A stretch of 64,000 nucleotides of DNA from Podarcis melisellensis (Eukaryota): assembly GCA_964234715.1 (NCBI GenBank), contig OZ174280.1; one strand, 5' to 3'. The position numbers were made by a program, and so were the translations under genes. Under the pieces are notes generated by a model. That model was not told where the DNA came from. It searched no databases and saw nothing but the letters and a program-made list of their open reading frames with translations. Shown piece after piece: positions 37,291 to 48,632 of this stretch (the stretch's first letter is position 1; each line of letters begins with the position of its first letter).

Positions 37291-38724
37291 CCTGTGCTCA
37301 AAGTGTAAACCATTTGTTAGAATGGAGGTTATGTTACTAATTGAACTTTGGCTCAGCAATCCAGACAGTTAGGTCTTTCATTTCAACAATTTAAAAAAAG
37401 TATTATCAAAGACCTAATCCTGTTTACAGATGAAACGTTTTCCTGTGAACAGGATGTGCTATCTTTGGTTCTGAACTAACCAAAATGCATTTGAGAGGGT
37501 GTGATTCACAAATTAAATTTGAGTTGTTTATGCCGATTTATGGGCATGGTTTTGATTTTTAAACAAGGCTAGTCCAATGCCTTTGGAGAACTGACTGCGT
37601 AGTGGTTAGCAAGCTCTGAACATAGACATACATACACAAACCTACACAAAGCTTTTCTTTTGGATTTGTAGCGTTAAACCTTTGTTGTGCAATGAATGCC
37701 AATTAAAACAAATGACAAGGTGGCCTTGTTGGTCTCAGCCAAAGACATAATCCAATGATCAGAACCAAAGGCATACGCTTGAAAAGCTGAGACTTTCATA
37801 TTGCTACGGTACCTAGTACTTATTTGCTGTGTCACTTTGTCAATTACCTAGGCATTGTAGCTATGCTGTATAAATACTTCCACCTCTGGGTTCAGTAATT
37901 GTCTCTAATCAGCTGAGAGCTGTGTCTCCATCTGCTGAGGATGAACAGTAAAATCCTAGAGGGAGGTAACTTGACTGGCAATTCCTCAGCTTTGGAACCA
38001 TTTCTCCCCACCCCCGAGAGGTTTGCCAAAGCCTGGATTTGATCAGAATCCAGAATTAATACAACATTTGTGACATGAGCAAACGTTTTGTGACTTTGGC
38101 TAATTTTAGTCTTACGCTTATTTTTAATTTAAATTTTTTTTTGCTATGAGTCAGAAAGAAGGGGGTTGCTTTATAATATTCATACTTCCAGTATTCTGGA
38201 CTCCACCCCAAAAAGGCACTGAATTTGCCCTTGCTTTTGGCATTTGTTCTAATCTTGCGGTGATAAGCCCATGCAAGCTTAAGGGTTGTAGCCAGTGCTG
38301 CATGACCAGAGTTCTGTTTGCACAGTAGGAGTTCCCCTTCCTCACACTATGCGATTCCAAAATCTATTCTGGAGCGCCCTGCTACCATATGGAGCAGATT
38401 TTGAGGGTACACGGGTGGGGGCTGCAACAGAGAGGAAATTTCCACAGTACAAATGGAAATCTGCTGCTTGAACGAAACAGCAGTGTTTTGATACAACCCT
38501 AAATAGAGCTAGAACCTGAGAGTGTCTGCTTGAAAGTTCCCAAGCGCCTCAGGATTTTCACGATCTCCATTAACCCCTAGCAATCTTTCTTGCAAAGAAC
38601 GGGTGAGCCTCTCCACTGCTACTAAACATGATGCTTTTTGAGAGGTTGGGATGGAATCGTAACTGCCCGCTGGAGAGTTCTTGTTGGCTGCTGGCTGCTT
38701 CAGAGCTTTTGTTTCTGTTGCCAG

Positions 38725-38940
38725 GTGGAATACTGTCCCTGTGTGGTAGCCAACGACTGCTGGAACCTGTTAATGGAGTTCATGCAAAGCTTCATGGGAA
38801 GTCACGCTCCCGGAATCCCTTCTGTGTTTGGCAATAAGCACGACAGCATCTACAGCTCGGCTGAGACAATGGTCCAGTACATGGAACTCTTCAACAAGAT
38901 TCGCAAGCAGCAGCAGGGGCCTGTCGCAGGAATCAGATGA
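38725..38940 (+). CDS. MED20: MED20 coding exon 4 (last)
   Basis: ttgccag|GTG GAA TAC. VEYCPCVVANDCWNLLMEFMQSFMG...QQQGPVAGIR*. Total CDS 639 nt = 212 aa. Candidate AATAAA at 39553-39558. Confidence 0.97.
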   Translation: MEYCPCVVANDCWNLLMEFMQSFMGSHAPGIPSVFGNKHDSIYSSAETMVQYMELFNKIRKQQQGPVAGIR

Positions 38941-41025
38941 GGAAAGCTTCGTAAGGCCTTATTTCACGGAAGCAATCATTTTGCTGAATAGTCGGTTGAA
39001 ATTGCAGTTCCATCCCCGTAGTCCAGATCGCAATTGTTTCCCATTAAATCAATGCAGTCTGTCTCCCTAAGAGAGGTAGAATTAATTCTGTCTCATCTCA
39101 AACCTCCAAGGATATGCCTCTCTTATAATAATGGCATACTTTGCCTTAGACTGCTATCTCAGAGATCTGCCTCCCGCTCTTGAAGCAAGATTCCTGCCCC
39201 TGAGTGGTAACTAGAGGAAAACAATCATCTTGAAGGAGCACAGGTTGAAATAGCATAGAAATAGGAGAATGGGCTTTGGGGGTCCTTAATTTCCTTGACT
39301 GGCTACGAGTGAACATGACATTTCTATGAGAGTGAAAATATGTTAATATGGCTTTTATTAAAGGAACTTTAATTTTGCATATTAATTTTGTAGATGTTAT
39401 CTATTTTATAGATTTTATCCTATAATTTGTGGGAGATTTATATTTTGGGTTGAAACGTAATATCTCGTTGAAGCAAGCAAGATAAATTATCTGTTGGCTT
39501 ATCTGTGTTTAAGTTATTGGCATCTTACTATCTTCAAAAAGCATTTGAGAGGAATAAAATGTTTGGGCTTTAGGTTCATTTCACTGAAGTCTTAGGGCTT
39601 AATTCCTCTGCCTTCTTGACTAATGTTTTCTGCTGGAACAGATAAAAGCCCTGACAGTGCAAAACTTGTACAGAGCAAGATTTCAGTCAAAATCACTAAG
39701 GCATCATTATCTTTTGAAGACGATATCAAAAAAATGCACAACATTTTCACCTTATTGTATTTGCTTGTGTTTTAAAACTTGTTATGTTTTGTTACTTCTA
39801 CAGTTTGTTGTGTTTACTGCATTTAAAGCTTCTCAAATTAAAAACAAACAAACACAAAACTAATCTAGGACCCTCTCTTCTTTATTAACGGAGTCCAAAT
39901 CTTGATAAAGAATTTGGACTGGCTGTGTAAACCTCCCCCCCCCCCAGCCTTACAATTGCCTCCCCCTTCACCCTGACCTATTTGTGTATGAGCCTGGTAT
40001 TGTGCTATTCTGTGCAGTAGCAACAGGCTGTAGGCTTCAGCCCCAGGATCCTTGTAATAGTGTGCAGGTAAGGAAACTCTGTACCTGTGCTCCAGTAATG
40101 GAAATTTGTGCCACCATTGTGCTGAGATAACAATACATTTGGTACTGTTGGGCTGGTGCTGTTGAAACCACTACACAGTGTATGACGATTGTGCATGGCA
40201 CTTGAGGGGGGAGCAGAAGGCAGAGGTAGGAATTATTTGTGGCAAATAAGTGGTTATCATAAGGACTATGGGAGCATTTCTGCCCATTAACATTGACATG
40301 CTTGCCCTGAAATGTGTTGAAGGGGAAGTGGAGTATTTTTTTGGGGGGGATATTTTGCTTTAATCTTTGTAGGGTGCATAGAGCCAGTCAGAGTACCAAC
40401 CACTCTTGGTGATCCAAAACACATTTTGATGAAAAAGGGATGTGCCTTGTGTGAGTGCAGGCAGTTTTGGTTCACAGATCACACTAAGCCCAAACATGGC
40501 TTAGTGCAAATATGTACGTAGGCTCCCAGAGAGGAGGCGACAGCCACTTTGCCTTAGTTTAGTGTGGCATGGAAGTAAAAAATACTTGAGGAGAAGCAAA
40601 GTCTGGCTTAGTGTGTTTTCTGTACCTGGGGCCATGGTTTAGCTCTCTGCCCAACTAGCTACAATCTGTAAACCTAGAACAAACCTTGGATAGAGCTCTT
40701 GATTAGTGAGGAGAATCCTTTACTACAAGCTTGAGTTCAGATGATGCAGTAAGTCAAACCTTGGTCTAACTCGGTGCAGCTTGAGAGTAAAAGAGACGGG
40801 AGGAGAAAAGCAGCTATGAGGTCCTAATAATAATAATAATTTATTATTTATACCCCTCCCACTCTGGGAGGCTCCCAACAGAATATTAAAAACACAATAA
40901 AGCATCAAACATTAAAAACTTCCCTAAATAAGCCATACATTCCCTGATAAGCCATATTTTGGTTTACTATGACATGCAAATCAGGCTGCTGTGTGCATAA
41001 TGTGGCATATGGCACAAAGGGGGGC

Positions 41026-41079
41026 GGGGAGAGAGAGGGAGGGAGGGAGGGAGGGAGGGAGGGAGGGAGAGAGAGAGAG
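41026..41079. repeat. (GGGA)n/(GA)n polypurine tract
   Basis: Directly visible. Confidence 0.9.
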
Positions 41080-42082
41080 AAGTCCAGAATGTGATTTGCC
41101 ATAGTGATTCCTTGTTTTTCAATACAGCACTGGAAAAATCAAACACTTCTCTTTCCTTCGCCCCAACTTAACTGAGTGAAGAGTGCATGGTAGCAACTGC
41201 TTTTCATTTCTGCCCATATATGGATTCTGCTGCAAGTTCAAAATGTAAACTCTGAAAATGTAGTGCCTTTACTGCATGTGAGGCAGAATGTTTAATTTAC
41301 AGGATTGGAAGGGGACTTTTTTGGAGAGTCAGAGAGGGAAATTCTGTATTCCTGCTCTGAACAAAATGCAAATAGTACTTTTTGGATCCAGGTGCATTGA
41401 AATGTATGTTAACCTTTCTCACAACTTACGTGCAGATTGATCATTTAAAAGAAAGCTATTGGTAATCAGAATTTGCATTTGGGCAAAGTTGTAAAAACTA
41501 TATAAAACATCTATTCTGAAAAAAGAAAGCTATAGGTTTGACTGGAGAATATTTACTTTGACTTGCAGCACTAATTATATTTGATCCATTGACTTCCGGC
41601 TGCTAGGAAACATTAGAACTATACAAATAATAAGGAAATACAATGATCACTGTTATTCACTGCCTACAAAGAAATTCTGCCAAAGCTATTAATTACATAT
41701 GATTTTTATTGGTAGGCAATCATTTCTTAAGCCTGCATATCTAAACATTAAGGCACTTAGAAAAGCTTCTTGGTATTTTCAATCCTATCCATTGGCTATG
41801 AGCCCAGAAAGATCTGACAAGTTGATTCATAACATGTGCGGAAAATGGTTTGTACTGCAAGTAAATTTAACATATTAATAACCAAATTGAACCTGATCTA
41901 TGAACTATACTTCATTTGACTTTAATAAGTTTTGATTCCCGTGCTTACTGATTAACTGCAGTGGGTAAGTGCTCAAGGCTCAGACCTTTGGCTTGTTGAT
42001 GTTGTGCCTTTTAAAGGAGTTAACATAAGCCTCTGTTCTAAAATGTGTTTGCGTGGGGAGGAGAAACATTAGCTTCTGTGAG

Positions 42083-42777
42083 ATGGGCTTGGGCGATGTA
42101 TATTGCCCAGGACCAGTATGAGGAGCAGACTGCGATGTTGGTTTCACTCAGTGGTATATCTCTGCTAGCAGCGCAACTTCATCCAGGGGGTGCCGCTAGC
42201 AGAGGGACTCAGAAGAGCGGTGGTTTCACCAGCGATATACCACTGAGTGAAAAAGACATTGCAGTCTGCCCTCATATGGGGCAGAGGGAGAGACAAGCTG
42301 CATTTAACGGAGCCCCCAGTCCGGCGCTGGCTTGCCAAAGCCGGCAGTGGGGTGGGGGCTCTGTGAAACCGTCCCCCCCATCAGAGCAACCACGACGCTT
42401 CATCATATTGCTCAGCTGGGGGGGGGCTTTTTCTACACAACAGCTGCGCGAAGCCTGATGCTACTGTGGTGTTGCATCGCTCAGATGGGTGGAAGAAGCC
42501 TCCCCCCACCCCATCTGAGCAATCTGATGCTGTTGAGGCATCAGGGCTTGCTCAGCTGGGGGGTGAGTAGCGGCCTGGACCAGCTGCATTGGCCCTAGCC
42601 TGCGAGGCACTGGGGTGAAAGGGCCTCAGCTCTGGTGGCGAAAGGTGCGGCACTTTCACCCTGCGTCTACCTGGCTGGGGCCAACGCAGCTTGTTTCAAC
42701 ATTGTGGTATATCACCAAACCGCAATGTGGCTGGTGCTACATCACGATGTTCAACATCTAACACCGCCCAGCAGTAC
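42083..42777. mobile_element. hAT-type non-autonomous element with several internal hairpins
   Basis: Degenerate ends GGGCTTGGGCGATG...ACCGCCCAGCAGTA. Internal inverted repeats at 42117-42276, 42373-42427 and 42505-42564. No TSD confirmed. Confidence 0.55.
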
Positions 42778-43200
42778 TATAAGAGTTATGAATAAGCCGG
42801 AATGTGTAGGGTTGGGACCTTACTTGGCAAAAATCAAGCTTTCTCACCAAGCTGGTTTTTGTAAATAAACACCAAGGGACACATTCAACTACATCAGAGT
42901 TTGGAAGTGTCTGAAGAAAGCAGATTTATATACCCACCTGTATTTATTTAAAAGCATTTCTAAACCACTTCATGTTTTAAAAATCTCGTTAAGTGTACAC
43001 TGTGAGGGGACCTGATAGCAAATCTTCAAATACCTGAAGGGCTGTCACATAGGAGAGGGTGAAGGTGTGGTCTCTGCTATGCTAGAACACAGCACAATAT
43101 CTAATGGGGCTTCAGCTAGAGGAGGATGGCTTACCTAAGTGCTTTTCTACTCTTAAGATTCTGCTTCTACCCAGACTTCCAGCCATATTTAAATGAATGC

Positions 43201-43202
<2 letters not shown>

Positions 43203-43240
<38 letters not shown>
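43203..43240. repeat. (AAAT)n microsatellite
   Basis: Directly visible. Confidence 0.95.
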
Positions 43241-45299
43241 GCAAGCAAGCTTTTTATAAGAAATATAGCAAACTCGCAGACCATCCAAGTGCCCCTATCT
43301 TCCAGGGACAGTCTTGGATTTGATCCTGGAATGTTCTGTTTTTCCTTAGGATGTCCCTGTTCTGAGAAATGTTGGAAGGTATGGTAGGAGGTCCCTATTT
43401 TCACTGGAAAAATGTTGGAGGATATGGAGTTATCCGATACCTGAGCCATTTGAAGGCAGTCCTGCATAGGGAAGGTTTTTTTAAAAGTTTAATGTTTTAT
43501 TATGTTTTTATATATATTGGAAGCCACCCAGAGTGGCAGGGTATAAATAAAATTATTGTTGTTGTTATTGTTATTATTATTATTATAGAATAGGCCATTG
43601 CTATTTTCATTGGAGAAACGTTGGAGGGTATGAAATTGCCAGATGATCTTTGTGAGGCTGTATAATCAGCACAGGAAGAGTGAAACTGTATTTTATTCAA
43701 GCCCTTGACCTGAGCTGGTAACCAAGTTTACAGCTAGCATTATTTTGGTAGATTTCAGGCAAGGGTTACTAATTAATGTGCATATCCAAGCAGCTAATGT
43801 CCCAATACTTTCCCCTTGAGAAGTATAATGAGATGTGTGGAACTGGCCTCCATTTTTCAGATATAGCACCGACTAGCCTTGCTCAGTTGAAAAATCTGTT
43901 ACTGTCAGGTACACTGAAGGAAGCCATCAGTGTAGAGATATTCTGGTAAAACTTCTCACGTACTTCAAGGCCCTAGGAAAAGCCATTTAACTGCCACTAA
44001 AACTGTCACAACTCATAAATTACACCCTCTCAGCCCTTCCCCTTGGATAAAACATTATGCAAATAAGTCTGGGAGTTTCTTAAGTTCGTTTGTTTTGCCT
44101 GTGACCACATACAGTAGTAAAATTTGCTTTATTTAAACTATTGATAACATTCTCCCAAATGGTATAAATGCAAAATTATGTCACTAAATTGTATTTTAAA
44201 AATACAAAAGTAAGCAGTGTTACTTTAAAATCAGCCTTTACAGTTTTTCAGCAGCATGTCTAATGAAAACACGCAAATAAAAAGACACTTGAGAGGGTTT
44301 TTAAAAGCCTTTTTGAATGTTCTGCATATAACTGGATTTTCTTGCCTTCATCCTTTGATGGCACTGCATCAAACTAAGCGCTGGTGGGTTCTGCAAGCAT
44401 TCCTTTACCACAAGGGAAGATGCTACTATTGAATAAGTCTGACATCCAAGGCAGAAGAGGGGGATATTTGAAAGCAATTGGCACATATAGCATTCTAGAA
44501 ATGGAAGAAAACATGGGACAGCTACTCTCAACTGTTCACTGCAAAAGCAGGCTGCAGGTCTCCCCCCCCCATTCAGTCCTCAGTTGGGGGGGGGGTTCTA
44601 ATTTAGAGATCTACACTTAGTCTTGCCACGTTTTTATTTCAAAAATACCAGACCCTGGGTTAGAACTTTGATATATGGGAGGAAGAGAGCCGGACTGTTC
44701 CCAAAGTGGAGCTACCACAAAGCATGCCATGGCATGATGGAAGCTGGCAGGTCAGTGGTAGAAACTGACCAATTGTGGAATCTAAGCTGGTCTGGTGAGG
44801 GTCTAAATCAAAACCCTTTGTTGGGCCAGAACAGCAAAGCAATGGTGTTTGTGTGTGTATGAGAGAGTGTTTAATGTAACAAGTGAAATAGCCTACTGCA
44901 GGCACCTATAATTAGCCAGATCATAGTAGGGGAAAACTACCCCAGATCAGATCACTTCTGTGCATCCTTTTGCATATCGTGTATTGCACACTATATGAAT
45001 CTTTGTGTGAACAAACCCTTAGATGAGCTATCGGCTTTGGGTGCGAGGAGAGAGTTCGGCTGCCTTACAGAAATAGAGGCAGATGTTAGAATCAGCTTTT
45101 GTAATGTAATTAAAATTAATACACACACAACCCCTCCCCCCAAAAAAACCTTCCCCGATACTTTTAAAAAAATGAACGGGCTAGAAAGGCTGTCTGCTTT
45201 TCATCTCCTGTTATAGAAACAGAAACTAAATCATGCCGCCTCGTGTACAATGGTGACTGAATTAAAAAAAAATCCCTTAAATTTCCACAAAGGACAAAT

Positions 45300-45720
45300 C
45301 TCCGGCAGTCGGTTCTCCCCCCCCCTGCCCCGCCTTCCTGTCCATAATTTTGGTCGTTGCCGTGGCAGCCGAGAATAAGGGGCGGAGCCAGGCCTGAAGA
45401 AGGCGGCGAAACTCCGCCCTTCGCCTCCAGTCTACAAGTACCCATTGAGAAGGGGGACGAGGCCCCAGGAATGCGTCCACCTTGCCGGACCAGTCATTCT
45501 TAGATCTTTGGGAGTGAGGGCGGAATCCCCCGCCCTAGAAATGTTAAGAGTTGCAGATGATCGCCGTCCTTCTTGCCATTGCCGATTAAGGACTGAGCTA
45601 GCTTTCCCACTCTTAACGGCCAATACAAATCGTTAGGGTTTTTCACAAAGACCGCAGAGGTTCTTCTTCCACCTCCTTTCGCTCCGTTGTCCCTTTGAGA
45701 AGCAGGCGACTTCTTTGCTC
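45300..45720. promoter_or_regulatory. small CpG-rich promoter-like element with no assigned gene
   Basis: RFX X-box-like GTTGCCGTGGCAGC at 45356-45369, several GC boxes (GGGGCGGAGC, CTCCGCCC, CCCCGCCC), CCAAT near 45620, local CpG enrichment. Confidence 0.6.
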
Positions 45721-46615
45721 CCTCTCAGCCTTTGGAGTTTAGTCAGAGTGACATGCTTTCTTCCCTCAAGTGTTTTTTTGGGGGGGGAACCAGCTTATTC
45801 GCTTGTTGTTATCTTATATTAAACATTTCCACTACTGCTCCAGAGCAAAAAGGGTTTGTATCCGGCATTTTTTTAAAAAAAGTTTTAAAAATACATAGAG
45901 TGTTTAAAAAGCAAAACATGTAAACAGCAGGCCAAGTGAATGCCCAGTAAACACAAGTCAGAGAGTGCACCCTAAAACTTTGCAGGTTACAGGGTGCATT
46001 TCTTGCTGGGCAACTTGAGAACAACAGCAACTGCCTGGAAATTGGAACATACGTGCGCACACACACCCCTTTGGGGCAGGGGCGGGCCTTTAAAAGTTAC
46101 GTTTCTTATGGCTCATAAACTGTTACCAAGGATCTGGAAAATGCTCAGTAAAATCCACAGTGTGCTTACAAACATGCTCAAAATCAAAAAGGTACTCATC
46201 AATCCTACCATTCCTGGTTATGGAACATTTATCTGATTCTTATTAGTTTGTGATTCCATGCACGTATTATATGCTTTCCGTTAATGAATTTTGATATAGT
46301 GTTATAAAAATATTGTCAGTATATTATTAGCCGTGTTGCTTGTCGTTCAAAATCAAAGAGGTGACTGACAATGCCCTGGGGTAGTCAGTCACCTCTTTGA
46401 GTCACCTCTTCATTGTCACCTCTTCATTGGCCATTCCCTGGGCCATTGGCCCAGGGAATGGCCAATGAAGGTCATGCTGTAGTCTTTTGCTGCAGGCCCT
46501 GTCTGAAAACAAGCTTGCATCCAATGTAGCGCTAAGTAACTGTCCTGCCTGGGAAAAGAATTTATGCTTGTGTGATAAGACTTCTCCTCGCTTGAGTACT
46601 CTGTATGCTCCCCAG

Positions 46616-46618
<3 letters not shown>

Positions 46619-46675
<57 letters not shown>

Positions 46676-47076
46676 GTTTTATTTATATCCCGCCCTCCCC
46701 AGCCGAAGCCGGGCTCAGGGCGGCTAACAACATTAAAACAGTACAACATTATAACACATTATAAAAATGAATTAAAATCAAAATTGATGGCAACCATAAA
46801 CTAAAGTTTTGTAAAGATTGCCAAAGGAGGGAGTCAGGCTGCGCCCTGACCAAAGGCCAGGTGGAACAGCTCTGTCTTGCAGGCCCTGCGGAAAGATGTC
46901 AAGTCCTGGAGGGCCCTTGTCTCTTGTGACAGAGCGTTCCACCAGGTTGGAGCCGCAGCCGAAAAAGCCCTGGCTCTAGTTGAGGCCATCCTAACCTCTC
47001 TGTGGCTTGGGACCTTCAAGGTGTTTTTATTTGAGGACCGTAGGTTCCTCTGTGGGGCATACCAAGAGAGGCGCTC
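46619..47076 (-). mobile_element. relatively young L2 LINE 3' end with long (TAT)n tail
   Basis: ORF 46834-47079 ...RAFSAAAPTWWNAL...SFRRACKTELF..AF is the L2 ORF2 C-terminus. The tail appears as (TAA)n at 46619-46675. Confidence 0.88.
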
Positions 47077-48311
47077 CAAAGAACCTAAAGAACCCCCAGA
47101 ACTGTTTTAGGGGGACCAGTCAGGGTAGGGGAGAAAGTCCTGTTGCACAACTGTAGGTCCTTGCACTGACAGCTGTACTGGATACATTACATTTTAATAC
47201 TCTGCTAATATGGCAGAAGAATGCCATGTGGGTGGAATTCCAACCACCTGTTACCTTAATTTTCCATAAGCACCAATGCATATGCAAAATGTACACCATT
47301 TTGGGTCATGAATCTGTGGCTGGAGTCCCCGCATCCTTGTTACTTCACATGGTTCTTGTGAGTTTTGGGTTCACTGGAGATACCACCACTTTATCATGAG
47401 GGACTTTGGTCCTGTGCATGCAAAGAGTAAAGTTTATCCATTTGATGACGGGCAATCATGCCTATCTTTTCTTGCTTTGAGGCTTCAGACAATGTAGGGC
47501 ATATTGACACATTCCATGTGTCATATCTCGATCCTGAGCTGTTTGTTTTAAATGGCAGAATAATGCTTTGGTGTTATGAAGTGTCTCCTCCAAATGAAAA
47601 CCAGTTCCTTTAATTTCTGATCTATTCTGTCAAATTATTCACCTCTGTGTAAAACTGTGGCACTTTGATAGCATGAGAAGCAGTTGTGTTCCCCAGCTGT
47701 ATCACCTCACTCTGAGTTTTCTGCTTAAGGTGACCCCCCACACACACACATCTTTTGTCTTTTGTATCTGCTGAGGCAATTCATGCCGCACACACATACA
47801 CACACACACCACACAAAAGTTTATGTAAAACAGCTGCTTTCTCCTGTTTCCTGGTTAGCTTATTTTTAGAAACCAGCATTCTTAAGACTAAATAAACATG
47901 CTGTTTAATAAGCGTTATTTTTAATAAGAAGTTAAACCAAGCACTTTTATCTTGATGAAAAAGCAATCCCCGGGGGGCTGATCCTGAACATGCCCATAAT
48001 TTGCGGTGGGGTGGATTTGATCTCTGTTTCCTGTTGACACCCCTCTCCCACTTTGCCAGCAAAGGTTCAGTTTACTGCCAGTGTTTGCCATTGAAGTGCT
48101 TTATTAAACTAATCACGTTTTAACAAATCTTCCATTCCTACTTCAGTACTTCTCCAAGAGGATTCTCTCGGCCTCCTGGGAGCAGGATCACAGATTTCAT
48201 CACTACCTGCCATTGTGTTAAAAAGTTGAAACTGCTCTAAAACTGTGATATTTTAAAAATGTTCTCTGCATATCTGAGAAAACATTTTTAAAGAGGAGCA
48301 AAGACTTAAAT

Positions 48312-48632
48312 GGGACACAGGTGGTGCTGTGGTCTAAACCACAGAGCCTAGGCATGCCGTTCAGAAGGTTGGCGGTTCGAATCCCTAGCAGTTCGAAAGC
48401 GCATCAAAGTGTGAGTAGATAAATAGGTACTGCGCTGGCGGGAAGGTAAATGGCGTTTCTGTTTGCTGCTCTGGTTCACCAGAAGTGGCTTAGTCATGCT
48501 GGCCACATGACCCGGAAGCTGTCTGCGGACAAACGCCGGCTCCCTCGGCCTATAGAGCGAGATGAGCGCCGCAACCCCAGAGCCGTCCACGACTGGACGT
48601 AACGGTCAGGGGTCTCTTTACCTTTACCCTTT
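48312..48632 (+). mobile_element. Sauria SINE with internal 46-bp deletion
   Basis: 12-bp TSD AAAGACTTAAAT/AAAGACTGAAAT at 48300-48311 and 48633-48644. It lacks the segment between GAATCC and CTAGCAG that is present in the 6026 copy. Confidence 0.9.

Noticed and set aside
46402-46749. ORF with a poly-Tyr run
   Set aside because: It is the translation of the L2 (TAT)n tail.
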